Source of the DNA: an uncultured bacterium
GTDB taxonomy: Bacteria > Krumholzibacteriota > Krumholzibacteriia > LZORAL124-64-63
Assembly (NCBI GenBank): GCA_963727525.1
Contig: CAVSGO010000007.1
Coordinates: 96,001 to 160,000, forward strand
DNA length: 64,000 nt
Direction of reading: 5' to 3'
Shown here: one piece after another, positions 9,334-18,974 of the stretch
Layout: each line of letters opens with the position of its first letter
Numbering within the stretch: position 1 is the first letter of the stretch
Notes under the pieces: generated by a model
Told to the model about the DNA's origin: nothing
The model's input: the letters and a program-made list of their open reading frames with translations, nothing else
Database searches by the model: none
Position numbers and translations under genes: made by a program

Positions 9334-10764
9334 TCAGTGAATGTTGACGAAGACCGGGACCGTATCGCGACCACTGGCGTCGGCCAGCGCCACGCCCACC
9401 ACGGGCGCACTCTCGCTCACGGACATGCCATTGATCGACACGACCCGCAGCGCGCGCACGCCGCCGTCGGTGTCGCTGGCCGTCAGACGCGCGCCCTTGG
9501 CGATCGCCGCGCCGCGCTGCACGCGCACGTCGGTCACGCCCTGGGTCACGAGCTCGACGTAGTCGCCGCTGCGCGCGGGGCCGTCGGTCGGCATGAGGAT
9601 CATCTCGTGCTCGGTCTCCTTGCCCGGCGCCACCTGCCACTCCATGCGGCTGGCGACGACGCCAATCACGCCGCTTGCGTCGCGACCGGCGCGCCGGACC
9701 AGTGCCAGACGATTGGTGCCACCGTCGAGGGGACGGTCGACACCACTGGCGACGACCACGTCGCCGGGCGTGAGCGCGTCGGGGCCGTCGACCCGGGCGA
9801 AGACATTCTGCGCCGTGAACGCCACGTTGCCCGCCGCGATGTTGTCAGAGGTGAAAAGGGCGTAGTTGCCGGAGACCTGGGCGGTGGCGATCAGGAGGCA
9901 GGTGTTCGGGACACCCGGGCTGGGGATGTAGACGCCGTAATTGGGGTAGTCCGTGGCGTTACCGATCTGGGCGCCATCGTCCGAGGTGGCATTGATCCGC
10001 AGACCGTCGGTCGTGGACGTGGACTGGATCTCGAGACCGCCGCCACTGGGTACGAACAGGCGATCGCCGCCGTTGTAGAGGTGCCACTCGCTCGTCCCGC
10101 CGTCGAGGTAGGTCCAGGCGTGGGCCAAGCCGCCGGTGGCATAGCCGTAGAACGGCCAGCCGGTGGCATCCATGGTGTTGATGTACATGCCGCCGTAGAT
10201 ACCGGCGCCAGTCGGCGTCTGGACGCCAAACGACTCGTTGCTCGTGATCTGGGTACTCCGACCAATACCGACGAACCCGCTGGTTTCGTTCGAATAGACG
10301 TTCGGCATGGCCAGCGCATAGGGCGCCGGATTGAGCTTCTGGCGCGGCGAGAGCAGCGTGTAAGCGCCGCCCGCGCCCGGCCGGACGCTGATCTCGAGCC
10401 AGCGGGCGCCGTTGCCGAAGGCGCTGGTGCCGAAATTGAGTTCCACGGTGAAGCGACCGTCGGCCACCACCGCGTTGTCGACGACGAACGTCGCACCGAT
10501 CTGGGTGCCGCCGCCCGCCGCGTCCATCAAGCGGAACGAGAGATCGAAGAGGCCGTCGGCCGGTGAACCGGAGGTGAGCAGGCGGCCCTGATAGGTGAAG
10601 GCGGTGCCCACGACGACCGGCGGCGTGACGTTGCCGGATACGGCCATGGGTTGGTTGATCGCGGGCAGCATGTCCGCGGCCAGAGCCGGCAACGCGGCCG
10701 ACAAGGAGACGAGCATGACGACCACCGCAGGAGTCGTCACGTGATGCATTGAACGCTTGATCAT
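9334..10764 (-). CDS. Secreted fibre-like protein with an N-terminal 'FTYQGRL' domain
   Basis: RBS AGGAGG before the ATG at 10764, signal peptide, AFTYQGRL..GRFTVELNFG..WLEISV..LSPRQKLNPAPYAL, a GFVGIG fibre-like repeat and a C-terminal 'GVIGVV..GVTDVRV..VVGVAL' domain. Confidence 0.8.
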   Translation of the reverse strand: MIKRSMHHVTTPAVVVMLVSLSAALPALAADMLPAINQPMAVSGNVTPPVVVGTAFTYQGRLLTSGSPADGLFDLSFRLMDAAGGGTQIGATFVVDNAVVADGRFTVELNFGTSAFGNGARWLEISVRPGAGGAYTLLSPRQKLNPAPYALAMPNVYSNETSGFVGIGRSTQITSNESFGVQTPTGAGIYGGMYINTMDATGWPFYGYATGGLAHAWTYLDGGTSEWHLYNGGDRLFVPSGGGLEIQSTSTTDGLRINATSDDGAQIGNATDYPNYGVYIPSPGVPNTCLLIATAQVSGNYALFTSDNIAAGNVAFTAQNVFARVDGPDALTPGDVVVASGVDRPLDGGTNRLALVRRAGRDASGVIGVVASRMEWQVAPGKETEHEMILMPTDGPARSGDYVELVTQGVTDVRVQRGAAIAKGARLTASDTDGGVRALRVVSINGMSVSESAPVVGVALADASGRDTVPVFVNIH

Positions 10765-10863
10765 CTGGTCCTCCTGGGTACCGACATGTCGGCACCGGGA
10801 ACGAGTCGCGGGCGATTCGGGAACAGGCCGATGATTATGGACCAGATGAAACACGAGTCAATT

Positions 10864-10875
10864 CGTATTAATACG
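10864..10875. promoter_or_regulatory. Perfect AT-rich palindrome in a divergent promoter region (candidate operator)
   Basis: CGTATTAATACG, next to a TG-extended -10-like TGGTATAAG. Confidence 0.45.
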
Positions 10876-10986
10876 TAGGTGGTATAAGTTGTCCCTGGCG
10901 TCGGTACCGAACGTGCTTTCACCGCGCGTCTCCTGTCTCTATCGTGATCGATCGATGCGACTGTCCCGAACGAATGTGGGAACGGC

Positions 10987-13900
10987 ATGCCTCTCGTCGC
11001 GATCACGGTTTCGCTCCTCATCGCTGCCGGCGCCGCCGGCTCGCCGGCGGACTCGGTGCTGGCGTTGCAATCGGGCGCCGTGTCGGCGCGGCCGGTGGCC
11101 GTCGTGGACGTCGGTCGTGACGATCTCGTGCGGTGGCGGGTGACGTTTCCCGCGGTGCAGGTGCGAACCGTGGAGGCGGCCAACGAGACCTGGCAGCAGC
11201 TATCCTTGCCGGGAGGCGACATCGACGGTGTACCCGGTTCGCCGGGATTGCCGAGCTGGACAGTGCTCGTCGCGGTTCCGGACCGCACGCCCGTCGACGT
11301 CACGGCCACCGTCGTCTCGTCGCGGACGTTCGCCGGGATCCGTCCCTGGCCCGTGCAGACCGACAGCAGTACGGTGCCATTCCGATACGATGCGGCGGCC
11401 TACGCGCCGCGGGAGAAAGCCGGCGCGCCGCTGGTGAGTGCTGGCCCGCCGGCGCGCCTGCACGGCGTCACGCTCGTTCCCCTGACCATCCACCCGGCGA
11501 GCTGGGACGCGACGACCGGTGAGCTGACCGTGGCCCACGAGGTCATGGTGACCCTGCCGGGTGTGTCGCTCGCCGGGTTCGCGGGTGTCGCACCCCTGCC
11601 GACCTCGTACGCCGCGATGATCGCCGACGCCGTCGTCGCGCCCGCCGGCGTGGCCGAACGGGGCGTCGCGGGCCGTGGGCCGGGCGGGTACCTCGTCATC
11701 TGTCCGGCGCAATCCGACGTGATCGCGGCCCTCGCGCCGCTGCTCGACTGGCGCCGGCGCCAGGGCTACCGGGTCGAGCTCGCCGACACCGACGCGACCG
11801 GCACGACGGTGACGTCGATCAAGGCCTACGTCCAGCATGCCTACGACACCTGGGATCCGGCCCTGGAATTCGTCGTGCTCGTCGGCGACGCGAACGGTGG
11901 TGTCGCGTTGCCATGCGGGTTCGATCATGACGGGTACGATGGCGAGGGCGACTTCGTCTACACGCAGCTCGACGGCGACGACGCCCTGCCGGACGTGCAC
12001 CTCGGTCGGATCAGCGTGCGCACGGCGAGCGAGCTGGCCGCCGTCGTGGAAAAGATCGTCGGCTACGAGACGGCACCGCCGCGCGACGATACGTCGTGGT
12101 TCACCCGCGCGTGCCTGACAGGCGACCCCTCGTCCAGCGGCATCTCCACGATCCACGTGAACCAGTGGGTGAAGGCGCAGCTCGAGGCGCTCGGCTTCGC
12201 GCCGGTGGACACGATCTGGGAGGGGGACTTCGCCGGTCTCATGCTCGAGCACCTGAGCGCCGGGGCGAGCGTGTTCGGCTACCGGGGCTTCTTCGAGATG
12301 AGCGGCTTCTCGTCGGCCTACGCGGACTTCGCGGACAACGGTGGAAAGCTGCCGTTCGCGGTGTTTCCCACCTGCGGTACGGGCGACTTCCTCGACGAGA
12401 CGAATGCGCGCAGCGAGGCCCTGCTGCGCAACACCCATGGCGGCGCCATCGGCGCGGTGGGCTCGTCGGCCACCGCGACGCATACAAGGGTCAACAACTG
12501 CTTCTACGCTGGCACGTGGAGCGGGGCCATCCGTGGCCGCGATCACCGGCAGGGCGTGGCGGTCGATCGCGGACGGCTCGAGCTGTTCCGCCAGTACGCC
12601 GGTTTCTCGGGCTCGATTTACGGCGACGACTTCCGCGACGTGCCGGCGACATTCTCGACCTGGAACACGCTCATCGGCGATCCGGCCACCGACCTCTGGT
12701 TGGCGGCGCCGGTCGCCCTCGCGGTGTCCTGCCCGGAGGTCATCCCCGCGGGGGCGACCGGTCTGCAGGTGGTCGTGGCGCGGGCCGACACCGGTGAGCC
12801 CGTGGCGGGTGCAATCGTCGCTGCCGTGCGCGAGCCGGACGTGCGCGCGGTGAGTGCGACCGATTCGACCGGCCTGGCTTTCCTGCCGCTGGTGCCGGGC
12901 GACACCACGGGTCCGCTGTCGCTGACGGTGTGGGGCCACGACCTGCTTCCGCACCTGGGGTCGGTATCGGTGGGCGAGGTGCCGGTGGCCATCGATCTCG
13001 CGAGCTGGACCCTCGACGACGGCGCACCCGGCGGCGACGGCGACGCCCGGCTGACGCCGCCGGAGACCGGTCGAGTCGCGGTGGTCCTGCGCAACCTCGG
13101 AACGGCGACGGCGCCGGCGGTCGTGGCGCGGCTCATGAGCGAGGAGGGGTGGCTCACCGTCGAATCCGACGCCGTCGACGTCGGGGATCTGGCTGGCGGT
13201 GCGGTGGCGCGAAGCATTGCCTTTTCCGTGACCGCCGCCGCGGATGCGCCTGCGGATAGCATCGCGCACCTGCGCGTGGAGGCGCGAAGCGGAGACGCGA
13301 ACTGGACGTTGCCCATCGCTTTACCCGTGCACGGCCCTGTCCTGACGGTGGCGGACGTCCGCTGGACGGGCGACGCATCGCTCGAACCCGGACGCCTCGC
13401 CGACGTGACCGTCGTCCTGGCGAACAGCGGCGACGGTGCCGGCGCCGCCGCGACCGCCGTGCTACGCAGCCGCAGCCCATTCGTCGCCGTGGTCGACAGC
13501 GACGCCACCTTCGCGTCCGTGCCGGCGGGAGAGGAGGTGGACGACGCGGGCGACCCGTTCCGCGTCGTCGTGGCGCCCGATGCCTTCGGCGGCAACCTGG
13601 CGGGCTGCACGCTGCACGTCGTGGCGGCGGACGGACGGCAGCACACGCTGGACGTCGTCCTGCCCCTCGGCACAGCGTCCACGGACCAGCCCACGGGGCC
13701 GGACGCCCACGGCTACTGCGCCTTCGACGACACCGACCCGAGCTGGCTGCCGGGCTTCCCGCGCGGCTGGATCGAGATCGATCCCGGGTATGGCGGACCG
13801 GGCGTCGACGTCGGTCTGACCGATTTCGATGCCGGGCAGGACGACACGCGTGTCGTCGAGCTACCCTTCGTGTTCCGTTTCTACGGGCGCGACTACGGTT

Positions 13901-15723
13901 CCATCTCGATCTGCTCCAACGGCTGGATCGCCATGGGTCCGACGTCGCTGTGCACGTATCAGGGCTGGGCACTCCCTGCCGTCGACGCGCCCGCGGCTCT
14001 CGTCGCCGCCTACTGGTGCGACCTGCGCCAGGACGACGAGGGGCGCGTCTATCTCTGGCACGACGAGGACCAGCATCGGTTCGTGGTCCAGTGGAGCGGC
14101 GTGCAGGCGAGGAGCGGCGCCAGCGAATCCGTGCCTGTGGATTTCGAGGTCGTGCTCGCCGATCCGGCCTGGTATCCCACCGTGACGGGCGACGGGGCCA
14201 TCCTCTGCCAGTATGCCGACATCGGTAGCGACGGTAGCGACCCTATCGGGACGGTCGGTATCCAGGGTCCCGACGAGGGCGACGCGATCTGCTATGCCTA
14301 CGGCTCTCGTCAGGCGCCGACGTCGGCACCTCTCGCCGACGGGCGGGCGATCCTGTTCGCGCCGCATGCTGCGCCCCACGGCGCCGCAGTGTCCGTCGAT
14401 CCTGGGACGCTCACCTTCACGCTGCCACCCGACGGCGAGGCGACGACATCGCTGCACCTGACGAGCACGGGCGACGCCGGCTCGGCGCTACACTATACGA
14501 TCACGGTCTTCGATCCCGATCCACCGACGATTGTGGCCGATACCGTGGCCGCGCGGGCCGTCGTGCAGGACCGCGGTTCGCGCATCTGGCTCATCGATAC
14601 CGGCTACGATCGGAACCGTCCCCGGGATCTGCACGTCTGGGCCATGATCTCGGATGCGGATCTGGACACGCTGCAGACGGTGGCGCTCGACTTCCCGCCG
14701 GAGGCGACCGTCGCTGACGTCACGGACATGGTCGGCGGGATCGACGACGCGGCGATGCTGGCGTGGGATGGCCGCGACGGCGTCGGTGCCGCGATCGGCT
14801 GGAGCGGCGCCGTGTCCGCTTCGGCGGTTGCCATCGAGGCCGTCGTGGGCGTCACGGTGAGTGGCGATCCCGGGTATGTCATCGTGCCCACGGTCATGAC
14901 GGGTCGACGTAGCGGCGAGGCGGTCACGATCGCGGGCTACGTTGCGCTCACGCTGAATCCGGACGGTGTCACCGTCGTGTCGCCGGTTGGCGGGGAACTG
15001 TGGACGATCGGGTCCGAACACGCGATCAGCTTCCGCACCACCGGGACGATCGATGCCCTGGACATCGCCCTCGATCGCGGCAACGGGGCATGGGAGTCCC
15101 TGGCCACGAACGTGCCGGTCTCTGGCGGCGGATGGCCATGGATGGTGACGGGGCCTCTCAGCGGGCGCTGCCTGATCCGCGCCTCGGCCACCGTGGATGC
15201 CGCGATCGCGGACGTCAGCGATGGCCCGTTCGCGGTCGGCCACGACCTGACGTGGCTGACCTGTGACGCGTCGGCGGGCGCGGTGCCGGCCGGCGGGAGC
15301 GTGACGATCGCGGTCACGGCCAGGGCGGGACCGCGCCCGCCGGGGATCTACCGGGCGAGTCTGCTGATCCATGGCGACGGGGGGGAGGCGTCGTCTGTCC
15401 CCGTCTCGTTGACGGTGACCACGCCCGGCACACCGTCGCTCTCGGCGCGTCCCACGCTGGGGCCGCCTCGTCCCAACCCCTTCCGTCACGGCACCAGCCT
15501 CGCCTTCACGTTGCCGGTCGACGGCGAGGCCGAGCTGGCGATCTTCGACCTCGCGGGTCACCGCGTCGCGACGTTGGTGTCCGGTCCGCGCCTCGCGGGT
15601 GCCCACGCGGTGACCTGGGACGGGGTCGATTGCCACGGCGCGCCTGTCGCCTCGAGCGTGTTCGTGGCTCGCCTCGAGGCCGCTGGACACCTGGTGACAC
15701 GCAAGCTCGTGTACGTGAAGTGA
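10987..15723 (+). CDS. C25 family (gingipain/PorU-like) peptidase with propeptide, Ig-like domains and a C-terminal FlgD-Ig/CTD-like domain
   Basis: Propeptide GSPGLP, WRRRQGY..FVVLVGDA..DxxYTQLDGDDALPDVHLGRIS, FPTCGTG, GGAIG, LIGDP. C-terminal PNPFRHGT..WDGVD. Confidence 0.9.
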   Translation: MPLVAITVSLLIAAGAAGSPADSVLALQSGAVSARPVAVVDVGRDDLVRWRVTFPAVQVRTVEAANETWQQLSLPGGDIDGVPGSPGLPSWTVLVAVPDRTPVDVTATVVSSRTFAGIRPWPVQTDSSTVPFRYDAAAYAPREKAGAPLVSAGPPARLHGVTLVPLTIHPASWDATTGELTVAHEVMVTLPGVSLAGFAGVAPLPTSYAAMIADAVVAPAGVAERGVAGRGPGGYLVICPAQSDVIAALAPLLDWRRRQGYRVELADTDATGTTVTSIKAYVQHAYDTWDPALEFVVLVGDANGGVALPCGFDHDGYDGEGDFVYTQLDGDDALPDVHLGRISVRTASELAAVVEKIVGYETAPPRDDTSWFTRACLTGDPSSSGISTIHVNQWVKAQLEALGFAPVDTIWEGDFAGLMLEHLSAGASVFGYRGFFEMSGFSSAYADFADNGGKLPFAVFPTCGTGDFLDETNARSEALLRNTHGGAIGAVGSSATATHTRVNNCFYAGTWSGAIRGRDHRQGVAVDRGRLELFRQYAGFSGSIYGDDFRDVPATFSTWNTLIGDPATDLWLAAPVALAVSCPEVIPAGATGLQVVVARADTGEPVAGAIVAAVREPDVRAVSATDSTGLAFLPLVPGDTTGPLSLTVWGHDLLPHLGSVSVGEVPVAIDLASWTLDDGAPGGDGDARLTPPETGRVAVVLRNLGTATAPAVVARLMSEEGWLTVESDAVDVGDLAGGAVARSIAFSVTAAADAPADSIAHLRVEARSGDANWTLPIALPVHGPVLTVADVRWTGDASLEPGRLADVTVVLANSGDGAGAAATAVLRSRSPFVAVVDSDATFASVPAGEEVDDAGDPFRVVVAPDAFGGNLAGCTLHVVAADGRQHTLDVVLPLGTASTDQPTGPDAHGYCAFDDTDPSWLPGFPRGWIEIDPGYGGPGVDVGLTDFDAGQDDTRVVELPFVFRFYGRDYGSISICSNGWIAMGPTSLCTYQGWALPAVDAPAALVAAYWCDLRQDDEGRVYLWHDEDQHRFVVQWSGVQARSGASESVPVDFEVVLADPAWYPTVTGDGAILCQYADIGSDGSDPIGTVGIQGPDEGDAICYAYGSRQAPTSAPLADGRAILFAPHAAPHGAAVSVDPGTLTFTLPPDGEATTSLHLTSTGDAGSALHYTITVFDPDPPTIVADTVAARAVVQDRGSRIWLIDTGYDRNRPRDLHVWAMISDADLDTLQTVALDFPPEATVADVTDMVGGIDDAAMLAWDGRDGVGAAIGWSGAVSASAVAIEAVVGVTVSGDPGYVIVPTVMTGRRSGEAVTIAGYVALTLNPDGVTVVSPVGGELWTIGSEHAISFRTTGTIDALDIALDRGNGAWESLATNVPVSGGGWPWMVTGPLSGRCLIRASATVDAAIADVSDGPFAVGHDLTWLTCDASAGAVPAGGSVTIAVTARAGPRPPGIYRASLLIHGDGGEASSVPVSLTVTTPGTPSLSARPTLGPPRPNPFRHGTSLAFTLPVDGEAELAIFDLAGHRVATLVSGPRLAGAHAVTWDGVDCHGAPVASSVFVARLEAAGHLVTRKLVYVK

Positions 15724-15735
15724 GTCTACCTTCCT

Positions 15736-15792
15736 CTCTGCCAGCGCATCCCTCTGCCAGCGCATCCCTCTGCCAGCGCATCCCTCTGCCAG
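15736..15792. repeat. 16-bp tandem repeat, about 3.5 copies
   Basis: (ctctgccagcgcatcc)x3 plus ctctgccag, perfect copies with no spacers. Confidence 0.95.
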
Positions 15793-15928
15793 GAATGGTG
15801 CACCCTTTCTTGCACCGATTCATGTGATCGGTGATCTCCAGGATGACGCCAACTGGCCCGCCTGTTTGTCCGTCGATAGCTCAACCGAAGAGTTGATCTG
15901 ATAGCCAGATCGATTTAGAGTGGTGATC

Positions 15929-16288
15929 ATGAAAAAACTGCTCAAGCCATCCAGCTTATTGCTTTACGTGCTAAGCTTTTTCATTTTTTCGATTGTTGGT
16001 GCATTCATTGCAAGAATTACAGGAGCTACTGAAGGACAAGGACTAGCCGGCGGCGCCGTTGTCCTGGCCTACGGTATGTCGTTTGCAGGTCTTGGAGTTC
16101 TTGCTTCAATCATATTTGTGAATCGTGCCCATGAGAAGTCGGTTGTAATAGTCAATCGCCTATTCCTAGTTATTTTTCTCATTTGTATTGGATTCATGGT
16201 CTATCGAGTCGTTCATGGTGACAACAGATCGACCACAGTTATATATCCAGGCCAGGCGACTTCTATGGAGAATACCAGAAGTGACTAA
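15929..16288 (+). CDS. Small AT-rich three-TM membrane protein of unknown function
   Basis: MKKLLKP start, three hydrophobic segments, GQGLAGGAVVLAYG. Base composition is much more AT-rich than the flanks. Confidence 0.8.
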   Translation: MKKLLKPSSLLLYVLSFFIFSIVGAFIARITGATEGQGLAGGAVVLAYGMSFAGLGVLASIIFVNRAHEKSVVIVNRLFLVIFLICIGFMVYRVVHGDNRSTTVIYPGQATSMENTRSD

Positions 16289-17880
16289 CCGGATTGTGCC
16301 GCGGCGGCGCTTCGGGCCACACTGCATGCCTTGATCTGCCCCAGCAACCGCTCGTCCATGAAGCGCGAGAATGATTTCACGTGCAAGTAGAGCGCGGCGA
16401 ACGACATGGTGCCGCGGAACGACCGTGGGTTGTGGCGCAGGCTCGAGGCGAGCGCGCGCCAGAACGGACCGCGCACGTTGCGGTCGCGGACGCCGAGTTG
16501 CCAGCCGATCCGGGCGAACGTGCGCAGATCGCGCCAGGTTCCGCCGAGGGGACGCCGGAAACGATGCCGGGAGAGGTCGAGGTCGCGGTTGAGGCGTCGA
16601 ACGCGGCCGAAGAATGCGGCCGGAGCGTTGATTTGCTCGAGGACGGCCCGGTAGTCGCCGAGGATTGCGCGGCGCGGTCGTGTCGTGTCGAAGTTGAGGC
16701 CCGAGGTGCACTGATCGGCGTCCTGGTCGCCGACGAGGCGGTCGGAATCCGGATGCAGGCGGCCCTCGGCGTGCAGGCGTCGCGAGAGGTCGGTGTTCGG
16801 CAAGGCGTAGAGCAGCCCGACCATGCACATAGGGATCGCGGTCTCCTCGATGCAATCGGCCATCAGCTGGGCGACCACGTCCGACTCGGCGTCGAAGCCG
16901 AGGATGAAGCCGGCGTTCACGTAGATGCCCGCACGGTATATCCGGCGCACGCTGGCTACGATGTCCCGCTTCGCATTCTGGAGCTTGCGCGCTCCGAGGA
17001 GCGCGTCGCGGTCGGGCGTCTCGATGCCGACGAAGATCGCGAAGAATCCGGCTCGCTGCATGAGATCGAGCAGGTCGTCCTGATCGGCCAGGTTGAGGCT
17101 GGCTTCGGTCGAGAACTCGAACGGATGGCCGTGCGCCTCGCCCCAGGCGACGAGAGCGGCGAGGAAGGGGCGGACGGCTTTCGCATTGCCGATCAGGTTG
17201 TCGTCCACGAAGTCGACGTGGCCGCGGTAACCCAGGGCGCGCAGGGCGTCGAGTTCGCCAAGCATCTGGTCCGTGGACTTGAACCGTGGCACGCGGCCGT
17301 TCAGCTCGATGACGTTGCAGAACTCGCACTGGAAGGGGCAGCCCCGCGAGAACTGGACGCCGACGTGCAGGTAGTGCTCGAGTTTCAGGAGGTCGAAGCG
17401 CGGCTGCGGGGAACGCGCGAGGTCGGGAAACTCCGTGGCCGTGAAGACGCCGCCGGTCGCGCCGTCGCGCCAGGCCGCGACGAAATCGGCCAGGATGTCC
17501 TCGGCCTCGCCGAGGACCCGGAACTCCACCTCGCGGTAGACGTCCGGACTCGAGGTGACGTCCGGGCCGCCGATCACGATCGGTTTGCCGACCTTCTGCG
17601 CGCGGGCGATGACGTGCTTGGCATCGAGTTGCTGCGGCATCATGCAGCCGACCATCACGAGGTCCGCCCAGGCGAGATCCGTGTCCGTGAGGTCCTCGAT
17701 GTTGCGGTCGACGAGGCGGGTTGGCCAGTCCGCCGGCAGCAAACCAGCCACGGTGATCAGGCCGAGCGGTGCGGCGGAATACCGGGCGCCGGCAACGGCG
17801 CAGGTCTCGTGGTAGTTCCAGAACGCGTTCTTGCTGAAACGTGGGTGGACGAGCAGCACGTTGGGGGGCGCAGCGCGCAT
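16285..17880 (-). CDS. Cobalamin-binding radical SAM protein (DUF4070-type C-terminus)
   Basis: PLGLITVAGLLP B12-binding domain, SRGCPFQCEFC (CxxxCxxC), FVDDNLIGN, GIETP, GFILGFD. RBS GAGGAGG before the ATG at 17880. Confidence 0.92.
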   Translation of the reverse strand: MRAAPPNVLLVHPRFSKNAFWNYHETCAVAGARYSAAPLGLITVAGLLPADWPTRLVDRNIEDLTDTDLAWADLVMVGCMMPQQLDAKHVIARAQKVGKPIVIGGPDVTSSPDVYREVEFRVLGEAEDILADFVAAWRDGATGGVFTATEFPDLARSPQPRFDLLKLEHYLHVGVQFSRGCPFQCEFCNVIELNGRVPRFKSTDQMLGELDALRALGYRGHVDFVDDNLIGNAKAVRPFLAALVAWGEAHGHPFEFSTEASLNLADQDDLLDLMQRAGFFAIFVGIETPDRDALLGARKLQNAKRDIVASVRRIYRAGIYVNAGFILGFDAESDVVAQLMADCIEETAIPMCMVGLLYALPNTDLSRRLHAEGRLHPDSDRLVGDQDADQCTSGLNFDTTRPRRAILGDYRAVLEQINAPAAFFGRVRRLNRDLDLSRHRFRRPLGGTWRDLRTFARIGWQLGVRDRNVRGPFWRALASSLRHNPRSFRGTMSFAALYLHVKSFSRFMDERLLGQIKACSVARSAAAAQSG

Positions 17881-18193
17881 CGAGATCTCCTCCTCGTTCC
17901 CGACGTGAGACTGCGGTCCGTGAACCCGAACGGCAGTTCGACGGCGGCGACGTGAAAGGACACCGCGCGTGTGCGGACAATGTATTGGTAAACTGGAGCA
18001 GCGCCTCCGAATTCGGCCGCCGGCTGTTTTGCTGGCGACCATGTCGCGCATTGGGATGGTCGGGACACGAGGGGTCGCGTGATGCCAAACGGCGTCACCC
18101 TCGCCCGCCTCGAGAGCGCGGGTCAGGTGGTGACGCAACGCATGCTACTCGTGGGCTGGTCCGCGCCAGCTGGCGCCGGCGAGCGGAGTTCCG

Positions 18194-18826
18194 TCAATAG
18201 CAAACCGCGCCGAGTGCCTGCGTAAAACGGGTGAGATCAGCCAGATCGAGCTGCCCGTCCCTAAAGAAGTCGGAGCGGGGATCGAACGCGCCGAGATAAT
18301 CCATCGTGAACAGCGTCAGGTCGGTCAGATTCACGATCAGGTTGCCATCGATATCGGCGCTGTTGAAATCCACGAATACGCCGGGGATGGGTAGCGGCCA
18401 GGCGTCCACGACCACCTCGACCGTCTCACCGAACGCGTGGCCGCCGGCGCGCATGGGTTGCTGCCAGCAGGTCGTGCCGGAGTCGTCCGTGTCCGAATCG
18501 GCAATGGTACCGTGAAGGCAGCTCACGAGGCCGGACTCGCTCGTCTGCAACCAGATGTCCTCGGCGGGCCACCCGCTGTAGGGATCACCGTTCGAGTCCA
18601 GCAGTGTCAGCCAGATCGTGGCGTCAACGACCGTTCCGTCCGGCGAGTGCGCCTGCGTGAAGAAAACGCCGCCGCCATCGGGTAGGACGTAGACCGTCGC
18701 ACCGGCCGGACAACCGATCGTCAAGGCCGAGTTGCCGAAATCCGGGATCGGGTTGGCCACGGCCACCGTCGCGGTGATGATGATGGCGAGCGCCGGAACG
18801 AAAGAAGTCATGATCGACCGTGTCAT
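18194..18826 (-). CDS. Secreted protein with C-terminal dockerin/EF-hand-like Ca-binding repeats
   Basis: Signal peptide, paired DIDGNLIVNLTDL and DFFRDGQLDLADL. RBS GAGGTG. Confidence 0.78.
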   Translation of the reverse strand: MTRSIMTSFVPALAIIITATVAVANPIPDFGNSALTIGCPAGATVYVLPDGGGVFFTQAHSPDGTVVDATIWLTLLDSNGDPYSGWPAEDIWLQTSESGLVSCLHGTIADSDTDDSGTTCWQQPMRAGGHAFGETVEVVVDAWPLPIPGVFVDFNSADIDGNLIVNLTDLTLFTMDYLGAFDPRSDFFRDGQLDLADLTRFTQALGAVCY

Positions 18827-18937
18827 GATCTCACCTCGCGGGAAAAACCTAGGACGAAATGGGGATTTGAAGCGGATTTGCATATGATGAGCATATCGAA
18901 CCCGCAATCTCAGGTCAACACTGCCCGCCCGGTCCCC

Positions 18938-18966
18938 TTGCCCCGGACGGCCCTGCCTGCTATGCT
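18938..18966 (+). promoter_or_regulatory. Sigma-70 promoter of the pyr operon
   Basis: TTGCCC-N17-TATGCT with a TGn extension, just upstream of the PyrR binding loop. Confidence 0.6.
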
Positions 18967-18974
18967 TCCCGGCG

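Noticed and set aside
9334-10764. Fibre-like gene as part of a prophage or tailocin
   Set aside because: It has a Sec signal peptide, and no capsid, tail, baseplate or lysis genes are nearby.
11200-13269. Long antisense or alternate-frame ORFs (11200..13269, 50109..52610, 60847..62838, 16381..17955 and similar)
   Set aside because: Shadow ORFs of real genes caused by high-GC codon bias, with no family motifs.
15736-15792. 16-bp repeats as a CRISPR array
   Set aside because: The repeats are directly adjacent with no spacers, too short, and there are no cas genes.
17881-18193. Cobalamin riboswitch upstream of the B12 radical SAM gene
   Set aside because: No GGGAA/B12-box consensus elements could be found on the minus strand.
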